Assembly: GCA_963820825.1 (NCBI GenBank)
Contig: CAWGBN010000006.1
Span: 544,001 to 608,000, forward strand
Origin: Vulcanimicrobiota bacterium
GTDB lineage: Bacteria > Vulcanimicrobiota > Vulcanimicrobiia > Vulcanimicrobiales > Vulcanimicrobiaceae
DNA length: 64,000 bases
Reading direction: 5' to 3'
The position numbers were made by a program, and so were the translations under genes. Below the pieces are notes generated by a model that had not been told where the DNA came from, did not search any database, and was given only the letters and a program-made list of their open reading frames with translations. The number at the start of each line of letters is the position of its first letter. Position 1 is the first letter of the stretch. Shown here piece by piece: positions 1 through 9,681 of the stretch.

Positions 1-918
1 TTCTACTCGCACCCCGCCGTCTACATCATGATTCTGCCGGCCTTCGGCATCATCTCCGAAGTGCTCCCGACCTTCGCTCGCAAGCCGGTCTTCGGCTACA
101 AGCTCATCGCCTTCTCCTCGATGGCGATCGCGCTTGCCGGGTTCATGGTCTCGGCCCATCACATGTTCACCTCGGGCCTCGCGCCGTTCTTGCAGCTGCC
201 GTTCATGATCATCACCTTCGTCATCGGCGTGCCGACCGGCATCAAGATCTTCTCGTGGACGGCGACGCTCTTCGGCGGAAAGATCCACTACTCGACGGCG
301 ATGCTCTTCGCGATCGGTTTCGTCGCGCTGTTTACGCTCGGCGGCATCACCGGCATCTTCCTTGCCGCGATCCCGTTCGATCTGCACGTGCACGGGACGT
401 ACTTCATCGTCGCGCACCTCCACTACGTACTCGTCGGAGGAAGCCTTATGGGAATCTTCGCGGGCATGTACTACTGGTTCCCGAAGATGTCGGGGCGCCT
501 GATGAACGAGAGGCTCGGTAAGTGGCATTTCTGGCTCTTTTTCATCGGGTTCAACGGGACGTTCATCCCGATGCACTGGCTCGGCATTCTCGGAATGCCG
601 CGCGAAGTCGCGACCTACGACCCGCAGTTCCAGTTCTGGAATCGGTTCGAGACCGTCGCTTCCTATCTCATGGCGATCTCGATCCTGATCTTCTTCGTCA
701 ACGCGATCTGGAGCATCCGCAACGGAAAGCGCTCGGGACCGAACCCATGGGGAGCGCGCACGCTCGAGTGGCAGGTTCCTTCGCCGCCGCACTACTACAA
801 CTTCAAACACGTCCCGACCGTCTACGGACTACCGTACGACTTCTCGCAGCCGTTACCGTATAAGGGACTCGAGGACGAGCTTTCCGATACTCCGCCCGTC
901 ACCGCAGGAGCGCACTGA
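1..918 (+). CDS. ctaD: Cytochrome c oxidase subunit I, 5'-truncated by window edge, A2-type
   Basis: Frame 1 reads FYSHPAVY from base 1, then AHHMF and AHLHYV CuB/heme ligand motifs; followed by subunit III. Confidence 0.97.
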   Translation, partial: FYSHPAVYIMILPAFGIISEVLPTFARKPVFGYKLIAFSSMAIALAGFMVSAHHMFTSGLAPFLQLPFMIITFVIGVPTGIKIFSWTATLFGGKIHYSTAMLFAIGFVALFTLGGITGIFLAAIPFDLHVHGTYFIVAHLHYVLVGGSLMGIFAGMYYWFPKMSGRLMNERLGKWHFWLFFIGFNGTFIPMHWLGILGMPREVATYDPQFQFWNRFETVASYLMAISILIFFVNAIWSIRNGKRSGPNPWGARTLEWQVPSPPHYYNFKHVPTVYGLPYDFSQPLPYKGLEDELSDTPPVTAGAH

Positions 919-1532
919 TGTCGGTCGCCACGCTCGCGCACGACGCGCGCGGAGAGGTCGATCAGCTCTATATCGAGACGCGCGAGCTGCGCCTGCAGGG
1001 CTTTCTGCTCTTCCTGATCAGCGACTGCGTCCTCTTCTCGTCGTTCATCTTCGCCTATCTCTACATGCGCAACAGCGGTCAGGGATGGCCGCCGCCGGGC
1101 ATTCAGCGGCTCGACGTTCCCTTCGCCGCCTGGAACTCGGTCGTGCTCTTCGGCTCGGGCGCGACGATGCATTACGCGCTCGAGAACTTCAAGCACGGGC
1201 ACTGGATGCGCTACATCTGGTTCCTGCTCGCGACGATCGTGCTCGGCGCGGGCTTTCTCGGCGGTCAGGCCTACGAGTACACGCACCTGATCTTCAGCGA
1301 GCACGTCACCTGGGCGGGGAGCGGGATCTTCGGCGCGTCCTTCTTTACGCTTACCGGCATGCACGGCTTCCACGTCTTCGTCGGCGTCTGCTATCTCGTC
1401 ACGCTCTTGCTGCAGTCGGCGGCCGGCGTCTACACGCGCGGGAAGTTCTTCGGGATCACGGCCGGTACGCTCTACTGGCACTTCGTCGACGTGATCTGGG
1501 TTGTTCTCTTTTCGATCTTCTACCTGATCTGA
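918..1532 (+). CDS. ctaE: Cytochrome c oxidase subunit III
   Basis: FFTLTGMHGFHV and YWHFVDVIW motifs; TGATG coupling to ctaD. Confidence 0.95.
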   Translation: MSVATLAHDARGEVDQLYIETRELRLQGFLLFLISDCVLFSSFIFAYLYMRNSGQGWPPPGIQRLDVPFAAWNSVVLFGSGATMHYALENFKHGHWMRYIWFLLATIVLGAGFLGGQAYEYTHLIFSEHVTWAGSGIFGASFFTLTGMHGFHVFVGVCYLVTLLLQSAAGVYTRGKFFGITAGTLYWHFVDVIWVVLFSIFYLI

Positions 1533-1543
1533 GGAGCTAACGA

Positions 1544-1759
1544 ATGAATCCGGCCATCATCGAGCGGCTCGGGGCGGTTACCGCCGGCATCGTCGTAGCG
1601 GTCGTTTCGTTCTACTCGCTCTACAAGGATTGGAAGGCGACCGGCGTCGAGAACAACGTCTTCAAGATCATGCTCTTTCTGCTCGGGCTCGGCGCGATTC
1701 TCGCAATACTGGCGGGCCTCAACGTGCTTGGATTCACGGCCCCGGCGAAGGGAGCGTAG
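1544..1759 (+). CDS. Small two-TM membrane protein
   Basis: GAGGAG RBS, two hydrophobic segments, directly after ctaE. Confidence 0.75.
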   Translation: MNPAIIERLGAVTAGIVVAVVSFYSLYKDWKATGVENNVFKIMLFLLGLGAILAILAGLNVLGFTAPAKGA

Positions 1760-1761
1760 CG

Positions 1762-1968
1762 ATGATCGTTCGAGACGACGAGTACCTCGATTTTAGCAAG
1801 GTTCCCGAGAGCCGCGGCATTCCGGAGGCGCTCTACCGCGTCGTCGTCGTCGGGCTTTTGATCATCTTCGCGATCGGTGCCTCCGTCTGCCTCATGTCGG
1901 GCTACGGCCACCACTGGCCCTCCGACAAGACGCTGCGCGTCCCACTCGTCAACTCCTCGCAACCGTAA
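1762..1968 (+). CDS. Small single-TM membrane protein
   Basis: ATG at 1762 after GGGAG; MIVRDDEY... with one hydrophobic helix. Confidence 0.65.
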   Translation: MIVRDDEYLDFSKVPESRGIPEALYRVVVVGLLIIFAIGASVCLMSGYGHHWPSDKTLRVPLVNSSQP

Positions 1969-1978
1969 GCGCAGCCTC

Positions 1979-2422
1979 TTACGGGCCGTTCGCTCCGAGA
2001 TGGACGTGATCGGGCCCGGAGTCTTGGAACGCGGTCTTGCCCGCCGCCGCCATGTTGGTTGACGTATCCGCGGTTCCGGCGAGTCCGATCTGATACGTCC
2101 AGGACGATGCGGCGGCATCGCGTAGGAACTTCTGAAAGCGAGGGTCTCCCGCGTCCAAGTAATCTTGCGGTGTCGCCGATTTCAACGGCCAGCAGTCGGC
2201 CGCATAGCCGTTGGCGTGGCAGTGCAATCCCAGGCCCGAGTCGTCGTGATGATCGCTGCGGACCGCGGTTATTTCGATGTGCCAGCCGTGTGTCTTCGCG
2301 AGATCCAACAGCAGTGCGATGAGTTGCGTTTGGGTGCGATTGGGATCGAGCAGGTCGCCTCGTTCGGTGCCGCGTTGAAAGACTAAGAGATTGACGAGCT
2401 CGTGACGAGCCTCTTGACTCAT
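1979..2422 (-). CDS. Putative M15/Hedgehog-DD-peptidase-fold Zn peptidase
   Basis: H-x6-D (HANGYAAD) and C-terminal HxH (DHVHLG); AAGGAGG RBS; no signal peptide. Confidence 0.65.
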   Translation of the reverse strand: MSQEARHELVNLLVFQRGTERGDLLDPNRTQTQLIALLLDLAKTHGWHIEITAVRSDHHDDSGLGLHCHANGYAADCWPLKSATPQDYLDAGDPRFQKFLRDAAASSWTYQIGLAGTADTSTNMAAAGKTAFQDSGPDHVHLGANGP

Positions 2423-2460
2423 AGTGGGCCTCCTTCAGCCGAGGTTGGATCCGGTAAGTT

Positions 2461-3153
2461 CTAAGCGAGAGCAGTCTTATAGGCGTGGACTCGCTGCCGC
2501 AACGCATCGCCACACTGCGAAACCATCTCGCGCGTCAAGGAGACGCCGTCGGGGAGTGCGACCAACGAGCCAAGATCCCATCGGCAATCGGGGTCGTTCG
2601 TGAAGCCGCACAGGTACCCGTCGGCGTTCGCGCACTCGGCGTGGGTGAGAATCGTGTGTTCGCCGAGGGTGTTTACCGTGCCGTTATCGCCCTGGTGCGT
2701 AGCACCGGCGGTAACCGTACCGAGCGCGTCGATTCCGTAGCGCGTCGCAAAAGCCGCCGCGCACGCGCAGAGGTGCTCGAGTCCGGTGAGCGTGACGGCG
2801 TCGGGTCCAAAATCGTGCTGGCTGGCACCGCTCATACCCGCGATTGAGACGCCGACCGCTCCGGTATTGCGATGCCACGTGTGCGATGCGGGTTCGTTGT
2901 TGTTGACCCCGACGGCGTTATCGCGCGGATCGTGCGTGACGATCATCTTCCAATTACCGCTTTCGTAATCGGCCTCGCCGTTATAATCGCCGAACGTGCA
3001 GCCGAACGGTGCGACCGTCCAGTGCAGATAGAGGCGCGAGATCGCCCCGCCGGGTACGGCGGGCAACGCTCCCAAGAGTGCCCGAGCCTTCTGCAAAACG
3101 TCTCGATTGACCGGTGCCGACGAATTGAAGTTTCCCAATGGATTGAAAGGCAT
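2461..3153 (-). CDS. Putative N-acetylmuramoyl-L-alanine amidase (Amidase_2-like)
   Basis: LYLHWT, SHTWHRNTGAVGVS, THAE and RWDL motifs; no signal peptide. Confidence 0.75.
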   Translation of the reverse strand: MPFNPLGNFNSSAPVNRDVLQKARALLGALPAVPGGAISRLYLHWTVAPFGCTFGDYNGEADYESGNWKMIVTHDPRDNAVGVNNNEPASHTWHRNTGAVGVSIAGMSGASQHDFGPDAVTLTGLEHLCACAAAFATRYGIDALGTVTAGATHQGDNGTVNTLGEHTILTHAECANADGYLCGFTNDPDCRWDLGSLVALPDGVSLTREMVSQCGDALRQRVHAYKTALA

Positions 3154-3172
3154 GTCGATTACCTCAAATACG

Positions 3173-4153
3173 CTACGAGTACAGAAAGCCCGATACCATG
3201 TTGTAGATCGCGGGGAAGAATATGTCGCTGTGCTGACCCGAGAGACCGCCGCCCGTCCATGCTCCCGAAGCGGCGCGCGCCGCGTGAACGGCGGTTAGGT
3301 CGACTACGACCAGCCGCTTCTTCAATGCGAACATCTCCGACGGTTTCGATGCCTCGGCTAGACTAAACGAGTCGGCTCCTTCGAACAGATCGATCGTCGC
3401 TTGAGAAGGTCCGGCGAGTCCGAGAGCCTGGCGCGGATTGAAAAGATTGGCGAGCCGGCCGGCGTCCGCGTACCAGACTTTCAGCGCGAGATCTTGCTGG
3501 GACTTGGTAACGAGCATGCGCAGATTCGGGACCCGATGGACCGACCCGTAAATATCCTTCGACTCGAGGTTGTCTTCATCCGTGGCGGGCTCGATCAGCA
3601 CGATGCGAAACTCCGTGTTCGGCGGAATTGCGATCGCCGAACCGTCGACATCGGTCTGCATATCCTGCAGCGCGGCGCAGACGACTTTGCATCCAAAGCT
3701 GTGGCCGAGCATGAAGACCCGGAGCGGAGTTCCGGCGTTCGGGCGGGCGCGAAACAACAGGCGAAGCATCGCATAGACGGCGTTCCTGCCGACGACGTCG
3801 GCTCGATGTTCCATCGTATAGAAAGTTAGGAGCTGGAGCGCCGTGAGCGGGCTCTTCGGATCTTCGGTGATCTCCGATGGCCAATGGATGCCGATTCCCA
3901 AGTTCTGACGCGGCGCGCGCGGAAAGCCGGGCGCGGCGCCTTGAAACGTTAGGATGGCCGACGCCAGCTCTACCGAGAACTGGTTATAGGTGTCCATCAT
4001 GCCGACGGCCGTAGTCGACCACCCGTGCGAGTAGATGAAGACGTCGTCGAAGCCGAACGGCGTGACCGCCATGGCTTCGTTTATGACGTCGCTCATTCGC
4101 GGATCGAAGAGAATGCCGTTTTCGTTAACCGGGACGTTGATATAGTGAGACAT
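3173..4153 (-). CDS. Alpha/beta hydrolase
   Basis: SHGW oxyanion motif, GHSFG nucleophile elbow, C-terminal HSDI; no signal peptide. Confidence 0.8.
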   Translation of the reverse strand: MSHYINVPVNENGILFDPRMSDVINEAMAVTPFGFDDVFIYSHGWSTTAVGMMDTYNQFSVELASAILTFQGAAPGFPRAPRQNLGIGIHWPSEITEDPKSPLTALQLLTFYTMEHRADVVGRNAVYAMLRLLFRARPNAGTPLRVFMLGHSFGCKVVCAALQDMQTDVDGSAIAIPPNTEFRIVLIEPATDEDNLESKDIYGSVHRVPNLRMLVTKSQQDLALKVWYADAGRLANLFNPRQALGLAGPSQATIDLFEGADSFSLAEASKPSEMFALKKRLVVVDLTAVHAARAASGAWTGGGLSGQHSDIFFPAIYNMVSGFLYS

Positions 4154-4162
4154 CGCCCTTCC

Positions 4163-5062
4163 CTAGCTGTCGGATTTTTGGGGAACCGTTCCTGCGCTGC
4201 GAACGTTCACGAACCGTTTCAAGGTATCGAACCAAAAGGGCGCGCCGAGCAAGATTGCGATCGCCGATATGAGCAGGCCTGCGACCTTGAAGAAGAGGTA
4301 GTGCGACCAATCGCCGCTCGTTTTTAGCGTGACGCACGGAACGGGGGGCGTGGCGGACGGCGGCGCCGCGCTCGCCGGACAGAGCGTTCCGTCGGGCCAC
4401 CCGAGGCGAATGCTCTGGAGGACGAGCGTCGTTACGTAGAGTTCCTGATTCTGCGGCGTGAGCTGGCTGGAATCTAGGACGATCGGCTTCGTCTGGAGTT
4501 GCGAGAAGAGCGCGACGGAGTCGATGTTGAAGATCGTCACGAGCGCAAGACCGATGATGGCGAGGATCACTTGCACTCGCTTGCGATACCATCCACCGAT
4601 CCGGTCCATCTCGTCGTCGTACCATTTTTCGACGCCGGCGATGAAGGCTTTATAGTCGCCGGCAGCTTGATTGGCGATGCGGCTCAGTGCGTCTTTTAGC
4701 CGACTGTCGTCGAGCGCGCCGATTCCGTTGACGGCTTGGCCGAATGCCTGGTCCAGCGACGCCGTAATTGCCGGACCGGTACTGAGCATCCCGGTTATCG
4801 CTAGACTAAACTGTTTGCTGCTCAGATATGAGGGCAGCCGATCGCCGTTAAAGGTCGCGGCGATCGAAGGTTGGGCGAAGAGTTTGTTCTTTAACTCGCC
4901 GGCGAGCGCGGCGTTTTTAGGATCGGCGACCATCGCTTTGATGCCGTCGACCAGGTTGGCGGCCCGTAGCTGCAGAGCGCCCGCGACCGTCTCCTGAACC
5001 CACGATGCAACGACGCTAAAGGTGGCGTAGACCGCGGCGAAGCCAATAATCAGCGCAATCAC
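4163..5062 (-). CDS. Three-TM membrane protein with GAPFWFD motif, function unknown
   Basis: GGAGG RBS plus GTG; three hydrophobic segments; WYDDEMDRIGGWYRKR and LGAPFWFD motifs. Confidence 0.8.
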   Translation of the reverse strand: MIALIIGFAAVYATFSVVASWVQETVAGALQLRAANLVDGIKAMVADPKNAALAGELKNKLFAQPSIAATFNGDRLPSYLSSKQFSLAITGMLSTGPAITASLDQAFGQAVNGIGALDDSRLKDALSRIANQAAGDYKAFIAGVEKWYDDEMDRIGGWYRKRVQVILAIIGLALVTIFNIDSVALFSQLQTKPIVLDSSQLTPQNQELYVTTLVLQSIRLGWPDGTLCPASAAPPSATPPVPCVTLKTSGDWSHYLFFKVAGLLISAIAILLGAPFWFDTLKRFVNVRSAGTVPQKSDS

Positions 5063-5207
5063 GGAGACCTCCGAAGGCGACGGCAGTAGCCCGGTGATCG
5101 TCGGGTCAGACTAGCTTACCAGGGAGGCCCTCGCCGGAGCAAGGTAAGTCTGCGCAGCTCGGCAGTACGCTCGCCTAGCCTGCTGCCGAGCGCGGAGAAC
5201 GGAGAAT

Positions 5208-5804
5208 CTATAGATCGGCGCGCCGTCCGTGGCGCGTCGCAATGCCGATCGCAAGCAGCGGCAGCTCGCCTTCGGGCAACAATCCCGTCGACTTGCCGTC
5301 GATCTTGTGGATGCCGGCGTAGAGCGAGAACTCGACGAGCGCGGGCAGGGTCGCGTTCGGTAACGGCTTCTTGCCGAGCCATTCCCATTCGTACGCGACG
5401 CTTCGATCGTCGAAGAGGGCGGCTGCGTAGCCGCAGCCGTCGACGCGCGAGCGGTCGTCGGGACCGCGGTAGCGCACGTAGCCGTCGAGAATGTAGATTG
5501 GCTTGAACGTCTGCACGTACGCGGCGAACGGCGCGACGAGCACCGCAACGAAGTAACCGCCGAAGGCCACCGCGCCCACGGCGAAGATCCACGCGATCTT
5601 GACGAGCGTCGCATCGGCGGCAACGTGTTGAGACCGCCAAACGATGCCCCACGTGAGCAGACTCATGAAGACCACGCCGAGCAGCGGCTCGATGGCGAGC
5701 GCGAATCGCCCGGTGAGTCCTCGCCAGACAATCTTCCGTTCGGCGCGCGTCCAGCGGCGGCGCACGGCCGTCTGCCAATGCGGATCCCTGCGATCGACCT
5801 TCAC
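5208..5804 (-). CDS. Hypothetical two-TM membrane protein
   Basis: GTG start overlaps the upstream TGA (GTGA); two hydrophobic helices. Confidence 0.7.
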   Translation of the reverse strand: MKVDRRDPHWQTAVRRRWTRAERKIVWRGLTGRFALAIEPLLGVVFMSLLTWGIVWRSQHVAADATLVKIAWIFAVGAVAFGGYFVAVLVAPFAAYVQTFKPIYILDGYVRYRGPDDRSRVDGCGYAAALFDDRSVAYEWEWLGKKPLPNATLPALVEFSLYAGIHKIDGKSTGLLPEGELPLLAIGIATRHGRRADL

Positions 5805-7450
5805 GCGAGCACGCTCTCGGCAGCCGTTGACGCACGCTCGACGATCGTGCGTAGCTCGCTTCCGCGTGCAAGCGTCCCGAGCGCGCGAGCGCCGTTGCCC
5901 TCGATCCGGCTCGTCAGGAAAGCGTCGGCGACTGCGGCGGGCGCGTATTGTACGAGGAGTGCGGCCTGCCATAGCAGCGCCATGCGCTCGCTCAAGTTGC
6001 GGGCCTGTGCCTCATCGGGTTCGCAGGCAAGGTCGGTCTGCAGGCGTTGCAGCGCGCGCGTCACACGGGGCTCGCTCGCCGCAAGGGCGATCTCGCCGAG
6101 GCACGCACGCAGCGAGTCGGGCTGTTTGTGAAGGATCCGCAAGACGTCCAATGCATTGATGTTACCCGATCCTTCCCAAATCGAGTTCAAGGGTGCCTCG
6201 CGGTAGAGGCGCGGCAGGATCGACTCCTCGACGTACCCGTTTCCGCCGAGGCATTCGAGCGCCTCGGCGACGACCGCCGGCGCGCGCTTGCAGACGTAAT
6301 ACTTGGCCAGCGCCGTTCCGATGCGTTTGAGGGCGTTCGCGTCGCGGTCGATTGCCGATTCGTCGATCGCGCGCGCGACGCGCATGCAGAGAACGACTGC
6401 GGCTTCCGACTCCAATGCGAGATCGGCGAGCACGTTGCGCATGAGCGGGTGATCGGCGAGCGTTCTACCGAACGTCCGGCGATAGATCGCGTGGTGGACC
6501 GCCTGGACGAGTCCGGCGCGCACGAGCGCGGCCGAGCCGAGCGCGCAGTCCATGCGCGTATAGTTGACCATCTCGACGATCCGCGCGATGCCCTCGCCTT
6601 CGTCGCCGATGAGCCAACCGTGCGTTTCGTCGAACTCTACCTCGGCCGACGCGTTGCTGCGATTACCGAGCTTGTTCTTCAGCCGAGCGATGGCGAACGG
6701 ATTGCGCGTACCGTCGGCGAGCACGCGCGGCACCAAGAAGCACGAGAGACCACCGGCGCTCTGCGCGAGCACCAGAAACGCGTCGTTCATCGGTGCGCTG
6801 CAGAACCACTTGTGTCCGGTCAGCAGATACTCGTTTCCGGGACCGGGCTGCCCGGCTGCGACGGCGTGCGTGCGATTGGCGCGAAGGTCCGAGCCGCCTT
6901 GCTTCTCGGTCATGCCCATTCCGCAGAGCGCGGCGGACTTTTCGTCGATCGGAATCGGCCGCGCGTCGTACTCGCGCGCGGTAAGCGCGCGACCCCAGCG
7001 CGCGGCGATCTCCGGCTGCGCGCGCACGACCGGCACGCAGGCATAGGTCATCGAGATCGGGCACCCGTGTCCCGATTCGACCTGTCCCCAAACGTAAAAC
7101 TTTGCGGCGCGCCGGACGTGCGGCGACGGCAAGCGATCCTCCCATGGCGCGCCGGCGAGGCCCGCGCGAGCGGCGTACTCCATCAGACGGTGCCACGAGG
7201 GATGAAAGCGCACTTCATCGATGCGACTTCCGAAGCGGTCGTGCGTGTGCAGCTCCGGCGGATGTTCGTTTGCGTCGAATCCCAGCGCAATCGTTTCGGC
7301 GCTCCCGGCAAGCGCTCCGAGCGCTATCAGTTCCTCGCATGGCGCGGCGGTTGCTTCGCGCGCTACCGCCTCGCCGAGCGCGCGGTCGGAGGTGAAGAGG
7401 TTGTAATTCTCGAGCGCCGGCGGCTGATTCTCCACCGTATGGGTGGCCAT
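5801..7450 (-). CDS. aidB: Acyl-CoA dehydrogenase, AidB-like
   Basis: THTVENQPP N-terminus, GMGMTEKQGGSD, GHKWFCSAP, REAPLNSIWEGSGN. Confidence 0.9.
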   Translation of the reverse strand: MATHTVENQPPALENYNLFTSDRALGEAVAREATAAPCEELIALGALAGSAETIALGFDANEHPPELHTHDRFGSRIDEVRFHPSWHRLMEYAARAGLAGAPWEDRLPSPHVRRAAKFYVWGQVESGHGCPISMTYACVPVVRAQPEIAARWGRALTAREYDARPIPIDEKSAALCGMGMTEKQGGSDLRANRTHAVAAGQPGPGNEYLLTGHKWFCSAPMNDAFLVLAQSAGGLSCFLVPRVLADGTRNPFAIARLKNKLGNRSNASAEVEFDETHGWLIGDEGEGIARIVEMVNYTRMDCALGSAALVRAGLVQAVHHAIYRRTFGRTLADHPLMRNVLADLALESEAAVVLCMRVARAIDESAIDRDANALKRIGTALAKYYVCKRAPAVVAEALECLGGNGYVEESILPRLYREAPLNSIWEGSGNINALDVLRILHKQPDSLRACLGEIALAASEPRVTRALQRLQTDLACEPDEAQARNLSERMALLWQAALLVQYAPAAVADAFLTSRIEGNGARALGTLARGSELRTIVERASTAAESVLA

Positions 7451-7465
7451 CTCCGGGCCTTCGCG

Positions 7466-8809
7466 CTAGAGCGCTCCGGCTGCTGCCTTTGCAAGTGACT
7501 GGCTGCGCTCGTCGCGCTGCGATTTCAGCGTGGCCGCGAGGATCAGCGCGATGAAGGCGAAGCCGCAGAACGCAAGGTAGGCGTTGCGGTACCCGACGAT
7601 TTCGCTCGATGCGGCGCCAAAGAGCCCGCCGGCGAGCGAACTGCCGATGATTTGACCGACGATCAAGGCCTGGCTCAACAGGCCAACCGCGGTCGCGCGC
7701 CCGCTCTCGGGGCGTCTCATTCGTAACGATGTAGCGCGTGGGGGCACCGAGCAGCGCACCGAATCCAGCGCCGGCAACGACCATCGCCAGCAAGACGGAG
7801 CGGCAGCGACGCGAACGCGAGCGCAAAGATCGCTAAGCCCAGCTCGGTGAGGACCGCGCCGACGAGCAGTACGTCGCGGCTGCCGACGCGGTCGAGCGCG
7901 CGCCCCGACACGGGAATCACCGCAACGAACGTGAAGGCGCCGAGCGCCGCGATGAAGCCGGCGGCAGCAGTATGAAAGACCCTGCGCGCCGACGAGCACG
8001 GTAGGAATGAAGAAGAGCGAGCCTTCCAAGACGCCGATCACGATCTCGAGCGCGTACGTCTTTATCAGCTGCGGCGTGTGCAGCAGCTCGAGTGGAACGA
8101 TCGGATGGGCCGCCATGCTCTCCCAAATCGCGAACGTCGCGAGAATAACGACGCCCATCACGCCGATCAGCGGACGCGATGCAATCAATCCGTCCATCAG
8201 CCCGAGCAGACCCATGCAGAGCAGCGCGAGGCCGAGAAGGTCGAGCGGGCCGCGGCGTCTCGGCGCCTCGGCCGGAACGTCGGAGATTGCGAGTGCAAAG
8301 ACGACGGCCGCGAGCGGTACGTTTGCGGCGAAGATCCAGCGCCACGAGATGAAGTGCGTGACCAGACCGCCGATGCTCGGGCCGATGACCGCGGCGAGCC
8401 CCCACGTTGCCGCGACGATGCCCAACGCCGCGCCGCGGCGGCCGGCCGGCACCACGTCGCCGATCGTCGCGGTCGCGACCGGAAATATTCCGCCCGCGCC
8501 GAGCGCTTGAATCGCGCGAGCACCAAGAAAGACGGCGTAGCTCGGAGCGGTTATGGCAACGATGCTTCCCGCCGCGAAGAGCGCGAGGCAGGCCAAGTAG
8601 ACGGGCCTGCGGCCATACCGGTCGGCAAGCGTGCTCGCCAGCGCGATCGAAAGCACCGTGACCAGCAGGTAGAGCGTGAATACCCAAGCCAAGTCGGCCG
8701 TCTGCACGCCGAACTCGTGGCCGAGCGCGGGGAGCGCCGGGGAGAGAACGCTAAGGTCGAGGGCCCCGGCGAAGACGCCGAGCGAGAGCGTCCAGAGCAG
8801 ACGGCTCAT
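7466..8809 (-). CDS. MFS drug:H+ antiporter-like transporter with three internal +1 insertions
   Basis: DRYGRRPV motif A and many TMs; MFS-like frame shifts near 7969, 7800 and 7710, then returns to the original frame. Confidence 0.85.
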   Translation of the reverse strand: MSRLLWTLSLGVFAGALDLSVLSPALPALGHEFGVQTADLAWVFTLYLLVTVLSIALASTLADRYGRRPVYLACLALFAAGSIVAITAPSYAVFLGARAIQALGAGGIFPVATATIGDVVPAGRRGAALGIVAATWGLAAVIGPSIGGLVTHFISWRWIFAANVPLAAVVFALAISDVPAEAPRRRGPLDLLGLALLCMGLLGLMDGLIASRPLIGVMGVVILATFAIWESMAAHPIVPLELLHTPQLIKTYALEIVIGVLEGSLFFIPTVLVGAQGLSYCCRRLHRGARRLHVRCGDSRVGARARPRRQPRRTARRRGPHRAGLSDLCARVRVAAAPSCWRWSLPALDSVRCSVPPRATSLRMRRPESGRATAVGLLSQALIVGQIIGSSLAGGLFGAASSEIVGYRNAYLAFCGFAFIALILAATLKSQRDERSQSLAKAAAGAL

Positions 8810-9681
8810 CACGATACGATGCGATCGATCACCATCACCGCGCACATGAGCGCGAGATAGAGCAGCGAGTAGCGAAAGAGCTTGCGCGCCTGCAGGGTGC
8901 TTGCCTGTTCGCGCCACGTGCGAATCGCATCGAGCAGAAAGACTCCGCCGAGTACTGCCGCGGCTGCAAAGTAGAACGCACCCATGACGTGCAGGGGGTA
9001 GAGCGCCAGCGAGGCGGCAACGAGCAGGATGCTGTAGTAAACGATCTCGCGCTTCGTGCGCTCGCGGCCGCAGACGTTTGGCAACATCGGAATCTTGGCC
9101 TTCGCGTACTCCGTCTCGGTCATCAGCGAGAGCGACCAGAAGTGCGGCGGCGTCCAGAGAAAGATCAATGCGAAGAGCCCGAGCGCCGGCGTGCCGACGG
9201 TATGCGTCACCGCGGCCCAGCCGACGAGCGGCGGCACCGAACCGGCGGCGCCGCCGACGACGATGTTGAGCGGCGTGATCCGCTTGAGCCACATCGTGTA
9301 GATCACGACGTAGTAGAGATTGCCGGCGAGCGATAGCCATGCCGCGAGCGGATTGACCAGCGTGAAGAAGAGTGCGAACGAGAGCGCGCCGGTAATGAGC
9401 CCATAGACCGCACCGCTCGTTGCCGAGATGCGGCCCTGCGGAATCGGCCGCGCCTGCGTGCGCTGCATGATGCGATCGATGTCGGCGTCCCATACGCAGT
9501 TGAAGGCACCGGCCGAGGCGGCCGCGAGCGCACCTGCAAGCAGCGTCCAACCGAGCAGCGGCAGCGAGGGAAGGCCGCGAGCGGCCATCACCATCGAGGC
9601 GGCGGTCGTGATCAAAAGCAGCACGATGATTCGCGGCTTCGAGAGCTCGTAATAGTCGCGTAATCCGGCGAGCGCCGTCAT
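8809..9681 (-). CDS. ctaB: Protoheme IX farnesyltransferase (heme O synthase)
   Basis: LSKPRI, DADIDRIMQRTQARP, WTPPHFW. Confidence 0.95.
   Translation of the reverse strand: MTALAGLRDYYELSKPRIIVLLLITTAASMVMAARGLPSLPLLGWTLLAGALAAASAGAFNCVWDADIDRIMQRTQARPIPQGRISATSGAVYGLITGALSFALFFTLVNPLAAWLSLAGNLYYVVIYTMWLKRITPLNIVVGGAAGSVPPLVGWAAVTHTVGTPALGLFALIFLWTPPHFWSLSLMTETEYAKAKIPMLPNVCGRERTKREIVYYSILLVAASLALYPLHVMGAFYFAAAAVLGGVFLLDAIRTWREQASTLQARKLFRYSLLYLALMCAVMVIDRIVS

Noticed and set aside
1979..5062. Prophage lysis module
   Set aside because: No integrase, terminase, structural genes or att repeats seen in the window
5063..5207. ydaO/c-di-AMP or c-di-GMP riboswitch
   Set aside because: Their conserved core motifs were not found by eye
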